64,000 bases of DNA, taken from NCBI GenBank assembly GCA_965215195.1, contig CBDCDC010000001.1, positions 160,001-224,000 of the forward strand, read 5' to 3'. This DNA is from Candidatus Latescibacterota bacterium. Its GTDB lineage: Bacteria > Latescibacterota > UBA2968 > UBA8231. The notes beneath the pieces were generated by a model, which worked only from the letters and a program-made list of their open reading frames with translations, did no database searches and was not told where the DNA came from. The position numbers and the translations under genes were made by a program. The first letter of the stretch is position 1. Each line of letters begins with the position of its first letter. Positions 47,364-56,731 of this stretch are shown here, one piece after another.

Positions 47364-48839
47364 TCAAGCCCGCCACAAGTCGAGCTGGGGCCGGTCGCCG
47401 ATTTGGATCAGCGATCCAGCCGCTTCAAAGGGCATGCGCCCGCCAATGCAGTACGTACACAAGTCGCGCTCGGGCAGGCCGGCGCGCACAAACGCGTCTA
47501 GCATCCCCTGCCGCGACAAGTAAATCACCGGCATCCCCATCGTCTCGCCAATGGCCGCGGTCGTGCGCCCACGTGCGATAAACTCGTCGCCCGGCGGCGG
47601 GTCCGGCGGCATATCCACCCCAAAGGTGCATCCCCTCGGCACGCCATCGTCGCCGATAATGCCAATCGGCGGCGTGTAACTCACCAAATAGGCATGCTCG
47701 ACGCCAGCCTCCTCGTAGAGTAGCTCACAGGCGCGCTTGGAATTGTTGCCGCGGATGATGCTGTCGTCGATCAGGACCACGGTCTTGCCCTTGAGTTTTT
47801 GCGCCATCCCGGGCAAAAGATGCAGGTTCTGTTCGATCGACTCTTTGCGCTCGCCAGCGGTCGAACCTTGGAACGAGCGCTCGCCGCGCATTTTGTAAAA
47901 CACGGGCTCAAAGGGCAATTCCGCCTGCTTGGCGTAGGCGCGGGCCGCTACCTCGGGACAGCGCGGCAGGTACGTAACCAGATCGACGTCCGGCGGCAGA
48001 AATTCCTCGCTGAGCATCTCCCCTAGGGATTCGCGGATGCGGCGCACGCTGACGCCGTTGATGATCGAGTCGAGGTCGGTGATGTAGTTCCACTCAAAAA
48101 AGCAATAGGCGAGGTTGGTCGAGACCACGACTTCCTTGCTGTAGTTCCCTTCCGGCGTGAGATAGTAGATCCCGCCCGGCTCCAAGTCTTCGACGTATTC
48201 GCCGCCGTTTTTGCGGAAGGCAATGTCCTCCGAGGCCATCACGTACTTGCCGTCCTTCCAGCCGAGCACCCCGGGTTTAATCCCGGTGCGATCGCGGATC
48301 GCAACCACGTCGCGCTCGCGCTTGTCGGCAATGGCCAAGGTATAGGCACCGGGCACTTCCTTGAGAAAGTTGTGCGCGCCGCGCTCGCGGTAGAGGTAGA
48401 GCAGGGCCTCGGTATCGCAGCTCGAATACAGGCGCAGGGGAGCCGAGTCCTCGAAGAAGACGCGGTCAATTTGGCCGTTGTGGACGGCCGCCATGTCGCA
48501 GTCCCAGATCAGGATGTGGTTGTCGCGGTGTTCGACCGCGCCGCCGATGACGTGCGGATGCGCCTCTTCGAGGATTTTGTCCTTTGAGCCGCGCGTGGCG
48601 TAGCGCACGTGGGCCATGTAGGTGTGGTAATTGGGGCTGAGGAAAATTTTGTGCAGGTCGGTTACGTCGAAGCGCGAGACCCCGCCCTTCCACTTGATCA
48701 CGTCGATGCGGCCGTCACCTACTGCGGCAATGCCGGCCGCCTCCCGGCCCCGATGCTGTAGCGAATGGATAAAGCGATAGGCGTCGTGCAGAGAGTGAGC
48801 TACGGTCAAACCGCAGTTGTGGCGAACGACCTCGGCCAT
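47364..48839 (-). CDS. purF: Amidophosphoribosyltransferase (PurF-like)
   Basis: Short propeptide then Ntn CG; LQHRG, HVRYAT, HNG, DTE; PRPP site LIDDSIIRG; Cys in CFFE, CTFG, CTYC. Confidence 0.8.
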   Translation of the reverse strand: MAEVVRHNCGLTVAHSLHDAYRFIHSLQHRGREAAGIAAVGDGRIDVIKWKGGVSRFDVTDLHKIFLSPNYHTYMAHVRYATRGSKDKILEEAHPHVIGGAVEHRDNHILIWDCDMAAVHNGQIDRVFFEDSAPLRLYSSCDTEALLYLYRERGAHNFLKEVPGAYTLAIADKRERDVVAIRDRTGIKPGVLGWKDGKYVMASEDIAFRKNGGEYVEDLEPGGIYYLTPEGNYSKEVVVSTNLAYCFFEWNYITDLDSIINGVSVRRIRESLGEMLSEEFLPPDVDLVTYLPRCPEVAARAYAKQAELPFEPVFYKMRGERSFQGSTAGERKESIEQNLHLLPGMAQKLKGKTVVLIDDSIIRGNNSKRACELLYEEAGVEHAYLVSYTPPIGIIGDDGVPRGCTFGVDMPPDPPPGDEFIARGRTTAAIGETMGMPVIYLSRQGMLDAFVRAGLPERDLCTYCIGGRMPFEAAGSLIQIGDRPQLDLWRA

Positions 48840-48918
48840 AGACGTACCTCGCGGAAAATGTGAAGGGAATGTAACGCAAAAAGTACGGGCGACCTCGCCA
48901 TACGGCAAGGCCGCGATG

Positions 48919-50283
48919 TTACAACGTCAGAATCAACCCTTGTGCCAAAAGCGAATCAACCGTCTGGGCAAACGCCGCGGTCGCCTCCTCGACATCTTGG
49001 GCCGTGTGCGCCGACGAGAGCACGCCGCCGGTGGAGCTCATGTTATCGACCCCGTAAAAGCGCAGATTGCGCTGGTACTCTTCGATCAGCTTCCCCGGCA
49101 TCCCCTTGAGCCGCTCGGCCGCAGTCGCGTGCAAATCCGCCCGGCTGTGGGCTTTTTGCACGCGCTGGCGCTCGGTTTCAAAATAGACGTGAAAAGTCGA
49201 ACACACCCCGTACGCGTACCCGGCAATGCCGCGGCCTTCCAGTACTTCGTCCCAAGCGGTGCGCAGCTCGGCGGCGCGGGCGTTGGCTTGGTCTATGGGC
49301 TGGCCCGTGGCCACGCGCTCGAGCACGGCGATCCCGGCCGCGGCCGAAAGCGGTGCCCCGTTAAAAGTCCCTTGGTGCGCCACCCGCGGGCGGGCATCGT
49401 CCGGCACGTCGAAGAGTTCCATAATGTCCGCCCGTCCCACCACGGCCCCGCCGGGCATGCCGCCGGCCACCACTTTGGCGAAACAAGACAGGTCCGGCCG
49501 CAGTCCGTAGAGCACTTGAGCGCCGCCCGGACTAAAGCGAAAGCCGGTGACCACCTCGTCGAAAATCAGTATCACCCCGCGTGCGCGGGTCATGGCTTGC
49601 AGCTCGCGCAAAAACTCCGCTGCTAAAGGCACTCGGCCCCACGAACCCCCCGATGGCTCAATAATCGCCGCCGCAATATCGCCATCGGCGTCGAGGACGC
49701 GGGCGACTTGGTCCGCATCTCCCGCTGGCACGCAGACCACGTGCTCGCGCACCTGCGGCGGAATGCCCAACGAGCCGTCCGCGTCAAAGGGCGGCTGTAC
49801 GCCGCGCATCACATCGTCGTGCCACCCGTGGAAGTGGCCGGCAAAGCGCAGGATTTTGCGGCGGCCGGTAAAGGCCCGCGCCAAGCGCAGCGCCAGCAGG
49901 GTCGCCTCCGTCCCCGAATTGACCAAGCGCACGCGCTCGGCCGAGGGAACGAGCGCCTGTATGCGCTCGGCCCACTCAATGTGCAGCGGGTGGTCGTTGC
50001 CAAAGTGCGTCCCGCGCCCCACCGCTTCGGCAATGGCCGCAACGACTTCGGCGGGCGCGTGCCCCAAGAGCAAGGCACCGTTGCCGAGCAGGAAGTCGAT
50101 GTACTCGTTGCCATCGACATCCCACTTGCGGCCGCCGGCCCCCCGCTCGATGTAGAGCGGCACCGGCGTTGCGTAGCGCAGGTCGTGCCCGGCCTTGCCC
50201 CCGAGCACCTTGCAGGCGCGGGTAAAATACTCCTGCGACCGAGGGCGCGCGGCGGCGTATTGCTCGTATATCTGGTTGCTCAT
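48919..50283 (-). CDS. Class III PLP aminotransferase (glutamate-1-semialdehyde aminomutase-like)
   Basis: WDVDGNEYID, NSGTEAT, HFHGWHD, LIFDEVVTGFR, FAKVVAGG, GTFNG. Confidence 0.9.
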   Translation of the reverse strand: MSNQIYEQYAAARPRSQEYFTRACKVLGGKAGHDLRYATPVPLYIERGAGGRKWDVDGNEYIDFLLGNGALLLGHAPAEVVAAIAEAVGRGTHFGNDHPLHIEWAERIQALVPSAERVRLVNSGTEATLLALRLARAFTGRRKILRFAGHFHGWHDDVMRGVQPPFDADGSLGIPPQVREHVVCVPAGDADQVARVLDADGDIAAAIIEPSGGSWGRVPLAAEFLRELQAMTRARGVILIFDEVVTGFRFSPGGAQVLYGLRPDLSCFAKVVAGGMPGGAVVGRADIMELFDVPDDARPRVAHQGTFNGAPLSAAAGIAVLERVATGQPIDQANARAAELRTAWDEVLEGRGIAGYAYGVCSTFHVYFETERQRVQKAHSRADLHATAAERLKGMPGKLIEEYQRNLRFYGVDNMSSTGGVLSSAHTAQDVEEATAAFAQTVDSLLAQGLILTL

Positions 50284-50377
50284 GGACCTTTGCCTTTCTT
50301 CAATACACGACGCCCAGATTTCCGTTAGGTGTGCCTTGGGGATGTGGGTTGGCTTTCGTTGAACAAGTGATGCTATG

Positions 50378-50599
50378 CTAGAGGCACGTCCCGCCGTGGA
50401 ACATGGCCTCCGAAAATAGTCTGGCGCGGGACAAGCTAGCTAGGATATAGTGCTGCATCAACTCCTGCAATGCGTTCTCCTGTTCGACCGCAATCCGCAG
50501 GGACTCGGTACAATAACTCAGACCATCTCGCTTCCAGCTAATTTCTCGGTGGAGGTACACGGCGTCGGCAATGGTGCGCAACGGCGAGGCAATAAACGC
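50378..50599 (-). pseudogene. Collapsed remnant of a type IV AbiEi/AbiEii toxin-antitoxin locus
   Basis: AFIASPLRTIADAVYL...ESLRI (AbiEi-like) in frame with NALQELMQHYILASLSR..LFSEAMFHGGTCL* (AbiEii N-terminus). Confidence 0.6.
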
Positions 50600-50637
50600 C
50601 CACCTTAGTACGCGACATAAGGCTTCGACCTAGGTCC

Positions 50638-52521
50638 CTAGTCCAAACGGTACGCCAGCAGCGCACCGCGCCTCGTCGCGTAAAGATACCCATTGGCCAC
50701 AGACATGGCGTTGAAGTACCAAGAGTGGTCACTGTCGGGTTCTTCGGGTACAATCAAGGGATCGCCCTCGACTAGTGCCCCGTATCCGGCTATAGTCCAC
50801 GCTCTCACTTTGCCGTCTGAGTGGTCTATTAGGCCATAGGCTACTCCATTGGCAACCAGCAACTGCCCAAGGTCCCACCTATCGCTTTGAGACAACGGCA
50901 GGTATCCTACTTCGCGCAATGAGTCGGGATCGCTGATATCGAACTCGACCAACTCGTGCGGCCAAAAGCGCTCGACATAGAGCTTGTCTCCATCGGTAGC
51001 CACTAGCTTAGGACCGTAGTAAGACCGAGGCCGAAAGGACTCTAGAGTATGCCGCCCGGTCTCGCGCAAAGCACTCGCATCGGTCACATCAATGACCACC
51101 AATTCGTGCTTGGTCCCTATATAAGCGCGACTTCCGCGCACCCGTACATGGCATCGGCGTCTCCATACTGAGGGATCGTTGAAGGGATCGGGTATGGTCA
51201 TTATCACCCGCTCATCGCCCACCACCGGCATTCCCTCCTCGTCGAGGGCAAAAGCCTCGGCGATCAGGGCATCGCCCCGCTCCCGGATGAGGAGTAAACC
51301 GCCGTCTGTGGCTCCCCAATACTGGTAGAACCACTTCTCCTTGCTAATGGCGGCGAACATGCGGTGGCCCTTGAGCGTAGGCGCGGTCGGATCGCTGACG
51401 TCGAAGACCGTCACCACGAGGCTGTCGCTGGGTAGCCCTTTGCGCCACCCGACGATGTAAGCCAGCGAATCGACTACGCATATTTCGCTCGATGGTGGCC
51501 CTTGACTGCTCAATCTATAATTCTTGGATGTAGTGCTGCCGAGCAAACGCATTTCCTGCGGATTGCTCAAGTCGGCTATGGCGATACTGCTTTCTCCGTT
51601 GGTCATATAGGCGAACTTCCCATGGATGGCGAGGTCCATATAGGCCCCAACAGTGGGGCGCTCTAATATCCCAACCGGCATTCGTTGGTTGTTCCAAGGG
51701 ACCTCGACATAGGAAATCGCAAAGACGGCTACAAGGGCTGCACCCCACCCTATCGCCACCGTGCGCCACGAGAGGATTGCCTCGCGGTAGCGACGCAACA
51801 GCACCACGGCCACCGCCAATGCCGCCGCTGTTAAGCCCAGACTGGCCAAAACCTTCACCCAAAACCGAGCCGAGTCCGTCGCCAAGCGCACGAGGTGCCC
51901 TTGGGCATCCAAGCCGATTGCGACGAGAGGATAGCGATTGAGAATCGGCAAGATAGCCGTCGCCGGGCCGGTGAGGAAAACCCCCAACACCACGGCCAGC
52001 GAAATCCCTACGGCGAGACCCTTGAAGGGATGGTCCGTCACCACCGAGCTGATAAAAATTAAAGCGTAGAGCAGCGAGAATTGAGTAAACGACAGGGCGA
52101 CCATGGAGGCATAGTCAATGCTCTGCACGGTGACCAGTTGATATGCTTGCCAATCGCGGTTCGCCTCAAGACTCGCCACGTCTATGTACACCGTCGCCCA
52201 AGCTGCTAGCGCGACCAACAGCAGTCCGCCAAGCCCCATTAAGAACTTGACGGCCAGCACCGTCGCGCCCGCCACCGGCTTGTCTAGGAGGAAGGACAAG
52301 GTGCCAGTGCTGCGCTCGCCGGCGATGGCGGCCGCGGCCACCATAATCGCCATCGCTAGCAGAACGCCCATAATCAGCCCGTCAAAAATTCCTGCGTAGC
52401 TGCGGTTGAAATCGGCATTGTTCCGCATCAGACAGACCACCACGGCGAGTGCGACGGGCACCAACACCTTGGGCAGGATTTCGCGGCCCTCTTTCCACAA
52501 CAGCGCGTATAAGGCACTCAT
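50638..52521 (-). CDS. ABC-2 type permease fused to LVIVD-repeat domain (paralog 2)
   Basis: LLWKEGRE, ERSTGTLSFLLDKPV, TM helices; then IADLSNP, VFDVSDP, VIDVTDA, FDISDP repeats. Confidence 0.75.
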   Translation of the reverse strand: MSALYALLWKEGREILPKVLVPVALAVVVCLMRNNADFNRSYAGIFDGLIMGVLLAMAIMVAAAAIAGERSTGTLSFLLDKPVAGATVLAVKFLMGLGGLLLVALAAWATVYIDVASLEANRDWQAYQLVTVQSIDYASMVALSFTQFSLLYALIFISSVVTDHPFKGLAVGISLAVVLGVFLTGPATAILPILNRYPLVAIGLDAQGHLVRLATDSARFWVKVLASLGLTAAALAVAVVLLRRYREAILSWRTVAIGWGAALVAVFAISYVEVPWNNQRMPVGILERPTVGAYMDLAIHGKFAYMTNGESSIAIADLSNPQEMRLLGSTTSKNYRLSSQGPPSSEICVVDSLAYIVGWRKGLPSDSLVVTVFDVSDPTAPTLKGHRMFAAISKEKWFYQYWGATDGGLLLIRERGDALIAEAFALDEEGMPVVGDERVIMTIPDPFNDPSVWRRRCHVRVRGSRAYIGTKHELVVIDVTDASALRETGRHTLESFRPRSYYGPKLVATDGDKLYVERFWPHELVEFDISDPDSLREVGYLPLSQSDRWDLGQLLVANGVAYGLIDHSDGKVRAWTIAGYGALVEGDPLIVPEEPDSDHSWYFNAMSVANGYLYATRRGALLAYRLD

Positions 52522-54359
52522 AGCTGGCCCCCTTTAATCTGCTCCAGCGAGAACACCATGAGCGAACGCCCGAGCGGGAGGTATAAATGACCGCGGACGA
52601 GGTGGAGCCGTTTCCAATCGCGACCAAAAGAAGACGAAGGTTCTTGCCAATAATACACGCGCTCATGGGTGCGATAAGGAGTCAGCCGATACGCGGATAA
52701 CCCATCCTGTTGCGCGCTGTACACCCAGCCGTCGATTATTTTTATGGTAGTTCTAGCACTAAAAGACCAGTAGCCGATCTCGCGTGGCCTATTGGGATTG
52801 GTGATGTCAAAGGCTACCAAGTCTCCGGGCCAGTACCGTTGGACGTAGAGCGTGTCGCCCTCGCGAGTTATCGGGCGGCTCTTGTGCGCGTCGTACTCGC
52901 TGTTGTAGTCGCCCATTTCCACCCGCACAGTCTCTCGCAGCGCACCCAGATTCCGGGCATCCACCGCGAGGAAACCGGCTCTATACCCTACCCATATCCG
53001 CTCGTCGTGTATGTGCATGGACAGCTCGTGACCCCACCAGCTTCTGAAGTCGTCTTTGGGCAACTCCTCGACGACCAATTCGCCAGCCCGTCTAGGCATT
53101 CCTTGCGCATCTAAGGCAAACGACACGAATCCCAACTTGCCGCCCCAGCGCCCGCTGAGGATCAGCCCCGCGCCGCAGCGGTCCCAAGCCCAAGATGTAT
53201 TTATATCGTCGCCGATTATCCGATACCCTTTGAAGACCGGCTGGGCCGGATCGCCAACGCTGAACACGGCGATGCCGAGGCTGTCGGCCGGCAAGCCCTT
53301 GCGCTGGCCGAGGAGATAGGCCAGCGAATCCACGACCGCGACCCGGTGCATCGACCACAGCGGCACCTCCACAGCGGCTAGTAGCTCAGGCTTAGTAGGA
53401 TCGCGCAAATCCACGACCGCCAAACCCCCTTCAGCCGCCACGTATCCGCGATCTCCGACGACGGCCAAGTCGAGATAGGCTCCTTCCTCGGGCGTCAGCA
53501 CACGCAGCGGTCCCGGTTTCGGCGGCCGGGGCTCAGAGGTTATATCCGTCACAGTCATGAAAGCGATCACGATCAGGGCCAGCCAGCCGGAGACAACGGG
53601 CTTCCAGCCGAGACTGGCCCCGCGGAAGCGGCGCAAAAGCACGATGGAAACGGCCGCACAAGTGGCCATCACCGCCGCTGTCGCGCTGAGTCGCACGAAA
53701 TAGAGCCAAGGGTCGTTCACTGTGCGGACGATCTTATCCTTGTGGATTCCTAGATTCAAGGAGAAGGATGGCTCGAGCGCGGGGAAATAGTGCAGCATTT
53801 TGTCGGATGACATGAGCAAGACGATCAGCAGCAAAACGCCCAAGGCCGCTCCCTTGAGCGGGTGATCGGCCACCGTCGAGCAGGCGAAGATCACGCTGTA
53901 AGCGACCAATCCCGGCGCAAAGGAGATCAGCAACATGTTGACATAGCCTACCTCCTCAACGAGCCGATTTACAGAGGGGTACCAATTGCCGCTAAAGCCG
54001 TAGGCCAGCCCCTCTAAGTCCAGATACACCGTCACCCAAGCCCCAGCAGCCATCGCGCTCAAGGCTGCTGCGCCGACGACGTACTTGGGCAGCAACACTT
54101 CCGCTGCCGACAGGGGCTTGCCCAGCAAAAACGCCAAGGTGCCCCGGCTGCTTTCCTTGGCGACCAAATTCATGCCCAGCGCGACGCCGCAGACCACGAT
54201 AAAATTCGCAATCCAAGTACCGAAGTCTTGGGCAAATTCCGCGTTGAAATCCGCGTTCTGCCGCAGCAGCACCACCACCGCACACAGCCCCAACCCCACC
54301 AGCACCTTCGGCAGCTCCTCGCGGCTTTCCTTCCACAGCAATGCGCGCCAAACCCTCAC
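52518..54359 (-). CDS. ABC-2 type permease fused to LVIVD-repeat domain (paralog 1)
   Basis: LLWKESRE, ESSRGTLAFLLGKPL, TM helices; VVDLRDP, FSVGDP, FDITNP repeats. Confidence 0.75.
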   Translation of the reverse strand: MRVWRALLWKESREELPKVLVGLGLCAVVVLLRQNADFNAEFAQDFGTWIANFIVVCGVALGMNLVAKESSRGTLAFLLGKPLSAAEVLLPKYVVGAAALSAMAAGAWVTVYLDLEGLAYGFSGNWYPSVNRLVEEVGYVNMLLISFAPGLVAYSVIFACSTVADHPLKGAALGVLLLIVLLMSSDKMLHYFPALEPSFSLNLGIHKDKIVRTVNDPWLYFVRLSATAAVMATCAAVSIVLLRRFRGASLGWKPVVSGWLALIVIAFMTVTDITSEPRPPKPGPLRVLTPEEGAYLDLAVVGDRGYVAAEGGLAVVDLRDPTKPELLAAVEVPLWSMHRVAVVDSLAYLLGQRKGLPADSLGIAVFSVGDPAQPVFKGYRIIGDDINTSWAWDRCGAGLILSGRWGGKLGFVSFALDAQGMPRRAGELVVEELPKDDFRSWWGHELSMHIHDERIWVGYRAGFLAVDARNLGALRETVRVEMGDYNSEYDAHKSRPITREGDTLYVQRYWPGDLVAFDITNPNRPREIGYWSFSARTTIKIIDGWVYSAQQDGLSAYRLTPYRTHERVYYWQEPSSSFGRDWKRLHLVRGHLYLPLGRSLMVFSLEQIKGGQL

Positions 54360-55246
54360 GACGGAAGCCCCCCTGTCACGTATTCGACGAAACTCTCCTC
54401 TAAGCTCAGGTCGATCACCTCTACAACTCGTCCGCCCGCCGCCTCAATCTGCGCTTGGGCCTCGCCGCCGTAGTTGAAAATGGTCAACAGCTGCTGGCGG
54501 CCCTCGCCCTGTACGCCGCGCAGCCCAGCCACCCCGGCAAAATCCACCGCGCCCTCGGCCCGCACCAGCACCCGTTTAACCTGCTGCCGCACCGCGTCCA
54601 ACTCGCCGCAGACCAGCAGCTTGCCCTCGTCGATAATGGCGACTCGATCGGCCACCCGTTCGACTTCGTGGACCAAGTGCGACGAGAAAAACACCGTCCG
54701 GCCCTCCGCGCTGATGACTTGAATGATGCTTTCGAGCACGTCGCGGCGCACGATCACGTCCAGCCCCGAAGCCGGCTCGTCGAGGATCAACAGCTCCGGG
54801 TCGTGGCCCAGCACCAAAGCCAAATTGAGTTGGGCGTTCATGCCCCGCGACAGGTGCTTGACCTTCTGCTTGGGATCCAGCCCAAAGTGCTCGATCAGCG
54901 CGGCGACCTTGTGCTGGTCCCAGCGCGGATACAACTGCCCGGCAAACCACGCCACCTCCTCGACCTTCATCCAGTCGTAGAGCACCGGGTTGTCCGAGAT
55001 GTAGCCCACCCGCTCCTTGAGCTCCTTTTCGTGGACGTGCGGGTCGTGGCCCAGCACCTCCACCGTGCCGGCGGTGGGTTTGAGCATGTTCATCAGTATT
55101 TTGATGGTCGTGGTCTTGCCGGCCCCGTTGCGCCCTAAAAAGCCGAAGATGCTGCCCTCGGGCACCTCCAAGCTTAGTCCATCTACCGCTCGGTGGTTGC
55201 CAAAGGTTTTAACCAAGCCTGCGATGCGAATCGCCGCTGCTGCCAT
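54356..55246 (-). CDS. ABC transporter ATP-binding protein (YtrB-like)
   Basis: GRNGAGKTT, LSRGM signature, LILDEP, SSH. Confidence 0.92.
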   Translation of the reverse strand: MAAAAIRIAGLVKTFGNHRAVDGLSLEVPEGSIFGFLGRNGAGKTTTIKILMNMLKPTAGTVEVLGHDPHVHEKELKERVGYISDNPVLYDWMKVEEVAWFAGQLYPRWDQHKVAALIEHFGLDPKQKVKHLSRGMNAQLNLALVLGHDPELLILDEPASGLDVIVRRDVLESIIQVISAEGRTVFFSSHLVHEVERVADRVAIIDEGKLLVCGELDAVRQQVKRVLVRAEGAVDFAGVAGLRGVQGEGRQQLLTIFNYGGEAQAQIEAAGGRVVEVIDLSLEESFVEYVTGGLPS

Positions 55247-55257
55247 AGTTGCTTCTC

Positions 55258-55677
55258 CTATTGGCTGCTGAATTTTTCTAGGGTTTCCTCAAACACGCGG
55301 CGCAAGCTCGCCGCGTCCAACCCGAGCTGGGTCCCTTCCACCAGTGCTTTTTCCATCAGCTTGCGGACGATGTGCAGCCGCTCTTCGGCACTCATAGAGA
55401 CCCCCTTTTCGGCGACGTACGTCCCCATGCCGCGCCTTTTGTAGATGACGCCCTCGCGCTCCAATTCGAGGTAGGCGCGGGCGACCGTGTTCGGGTTGAT
55501 TAGCTGGGAGCTAGCCAAGGTCCGCACCGAGGGCAGCTCGTCGTCGGCTTTGAGGGTGCCGGTGGCAATGTGGTACTTGATCTGCTCGATCAGTTGCAGG
55601 TAGATCGGCACCCCTGCGGCCGTGTCGAGGCGCAGATGCAGCGCGTCCCCTCCACGTGCGGTCTCGCGTTTAGCCAT
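55258..55677 (-). CDS. GntR-family regulator (YtrA subfamily)
   Basis: PIYLQL...LPSVRTLA...INPNTVARAYLELEREG...RGMGTYV; short C-terminus; precedes ABC genes. Confidence 0.92.
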   Translation of the reverse strand: MAKRETARGGDALHLRLDTAAGVPIYLQLIEQIKYHIATGTLKADDELPSVRTLASSQLINPNTVARAYLELEREGVIYKRRGMGTYVAEKGVSMSAEERLHIVRKLMEKALVEGTQLGLDAASLRRVFEETLEKFSSQ

Positions 55678-55708
55678 GAGCGTCTTCCCGGATTGTACTA
55701 ATGATTCG

Positions 55709-55752
55709 CTGTGTTAAATCATTAATACAGTTAAAAGAAAAAGTCTTGTCAA
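55709..55752 (-). promoter_or_regulatory. Promoter with YtrA-type palindromic operator
   Basis: CTGTGTTAA-ATCA-TTAATACAG (55709-55730, 8/9 arm match); minus-strand TTGACA at 55747-55752. Confidence 0.65.
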
Positions 55753-55771
55753 GCACTTTTGCAAAAAATGC

Positions 55772-55809
55772 AAAAAAAAGCGGGCGAGGGAACCATGTCC
55801 CTCGCCCGC
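55772..55809 (-). terminator. Rho-independent terminator of the P-II genes
   Basis: GCGGGCGAGGGA-ACCATG-TCCCTCGCCCGC stem with an 8-U tail on the minus strand. Confidence 0.85.
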
Positions 55810-55851
55810 ATCGGGGTTAATCGTTGTTTTTCTAATTGCCGCCCGCAGGAG

Positions 55852-56190
55852 CTAAATAGCCGCGTCGCCGGTCTCCCCGGTGCGGATCCGCACGACCTCA
55901 TCCACCGACAGCGCGAAAATTTTGCCATCGCCAATGTGGCCCGTCCGCGCCGCTTGGCTCACCGCGTCAAAGCACTGCTCGGCGAGGTCGTCCCGCACCA
56001 CCACCTCGACCTTGATTTTGGGAGTAAAATCGACGACGTATTCGGCTCCGCGATATATCTCCTTGTGGCCCTTCTGGCGGCCAAAACCCTTGACTTCGCT
56101 GACCGTTATGCCTTGGACGCCTAACCCACTTAACGCCTCTTTGATCGAGTCTAGGGCGTTGGGCCGCACTACGCACATTAGCAGTTTCAT
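55852..56190 (-). CDS. glnB: P-II nitrogen regulatory protein (GlnB/GlnK family), copy A
   Basis: KGFGRQKG, T-loop YRGAEY (Tyr51), TGHIGDGKIF, RIRTGE. Confidence 0.9.
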   Translation of the reverse strand: MKLLMCVVRPNALDSIKEALSGLGVQGITVSEVKGFGRQKGHKEIYRGAEYVVDFTPKIKVEVVVRDDLAEQCFDAVSQAARTGHIGDGKIFALSVDEVVRIRTGETGDAAI

Positions 56191-56278
56191 ATCGCCATCT
56201 CCTCACGTGTTGGTGCCTAAGAAAAGTAGGTTGCCGCGCCGCGCCGATGGTGGTGGAGCCGGCGATTTTTGCTTTCAG

Positions 56279-56617
56279 CTAAATAGCCGAGTCTCCCATC
56301 TCCCCGGTGCGAATCCGCATGACTTCTTCCACCGGCATCATAAAAATTTTGCCATCGCCAATGTGGCCGGTCCGCGCCGCTTGGCACACTGCATTAACGC
56401 ACTGTTCGGCGAGGTCGTCCCGCACCACCACCTCGACCTTGATCTTGGGAGTAAAATCGACGACGTATTCGGCACCGCGATATATCTCCTTGTGGCCCTT
56501 CTGGCGGCCAAAACCCTTGACTTCGCTGACCGTTATGCCTTGGATGCCCAATCCGCTCAACGCCTCTTTGACCGCGTCTAGGGCGTTGGGCCGCACTACG
56601 CACATTAGCAGTTTCAT
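56279..56617 (-). CDS. glnB: P-II nitrogen regulatory protein (GlnB/GlnK family), copy B
   Basis: Same motifs; 99/112 residues identical to copy A by manual comparison. Confidence 0.9.
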   Translation of the reverse strand: MKLLMCVVRPNALDAVKEALSGLGIQGITVSEVKGFGRQKGHKEIYRGAEYVVDFTPKIKVEVVVRDDLAEQCVNAVCQAARTGHIGDGKIFMMPVEEVMRIRTGEMGDSAI

Positions 56618-56731
56618 ATCGCCATCTCCTCGGGCTATGTTAGACCCTAAGCAAGGTAGGCCGCCGCACCCTCTGGCGCAATGGGCGCACTCGCTTTAGA
56701 CTTCTAACTTTGCTTTTTCGCTACCTTGTAT

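Noticed and set aside
48919-50283. Assigning hemL
   Set aside because: The fold is GSA-like but lacks the typical HemL PGGVNSPVR start and any tetrapyrrole gene context.
56191-56731. Glutamine riboswitch or sigma54 promoter upstream of the P-II genes
   Set aside because: No TGGCAC-N5-TTGC match and no recognisable riboswitch consensus; only the short shared motif is supportable.
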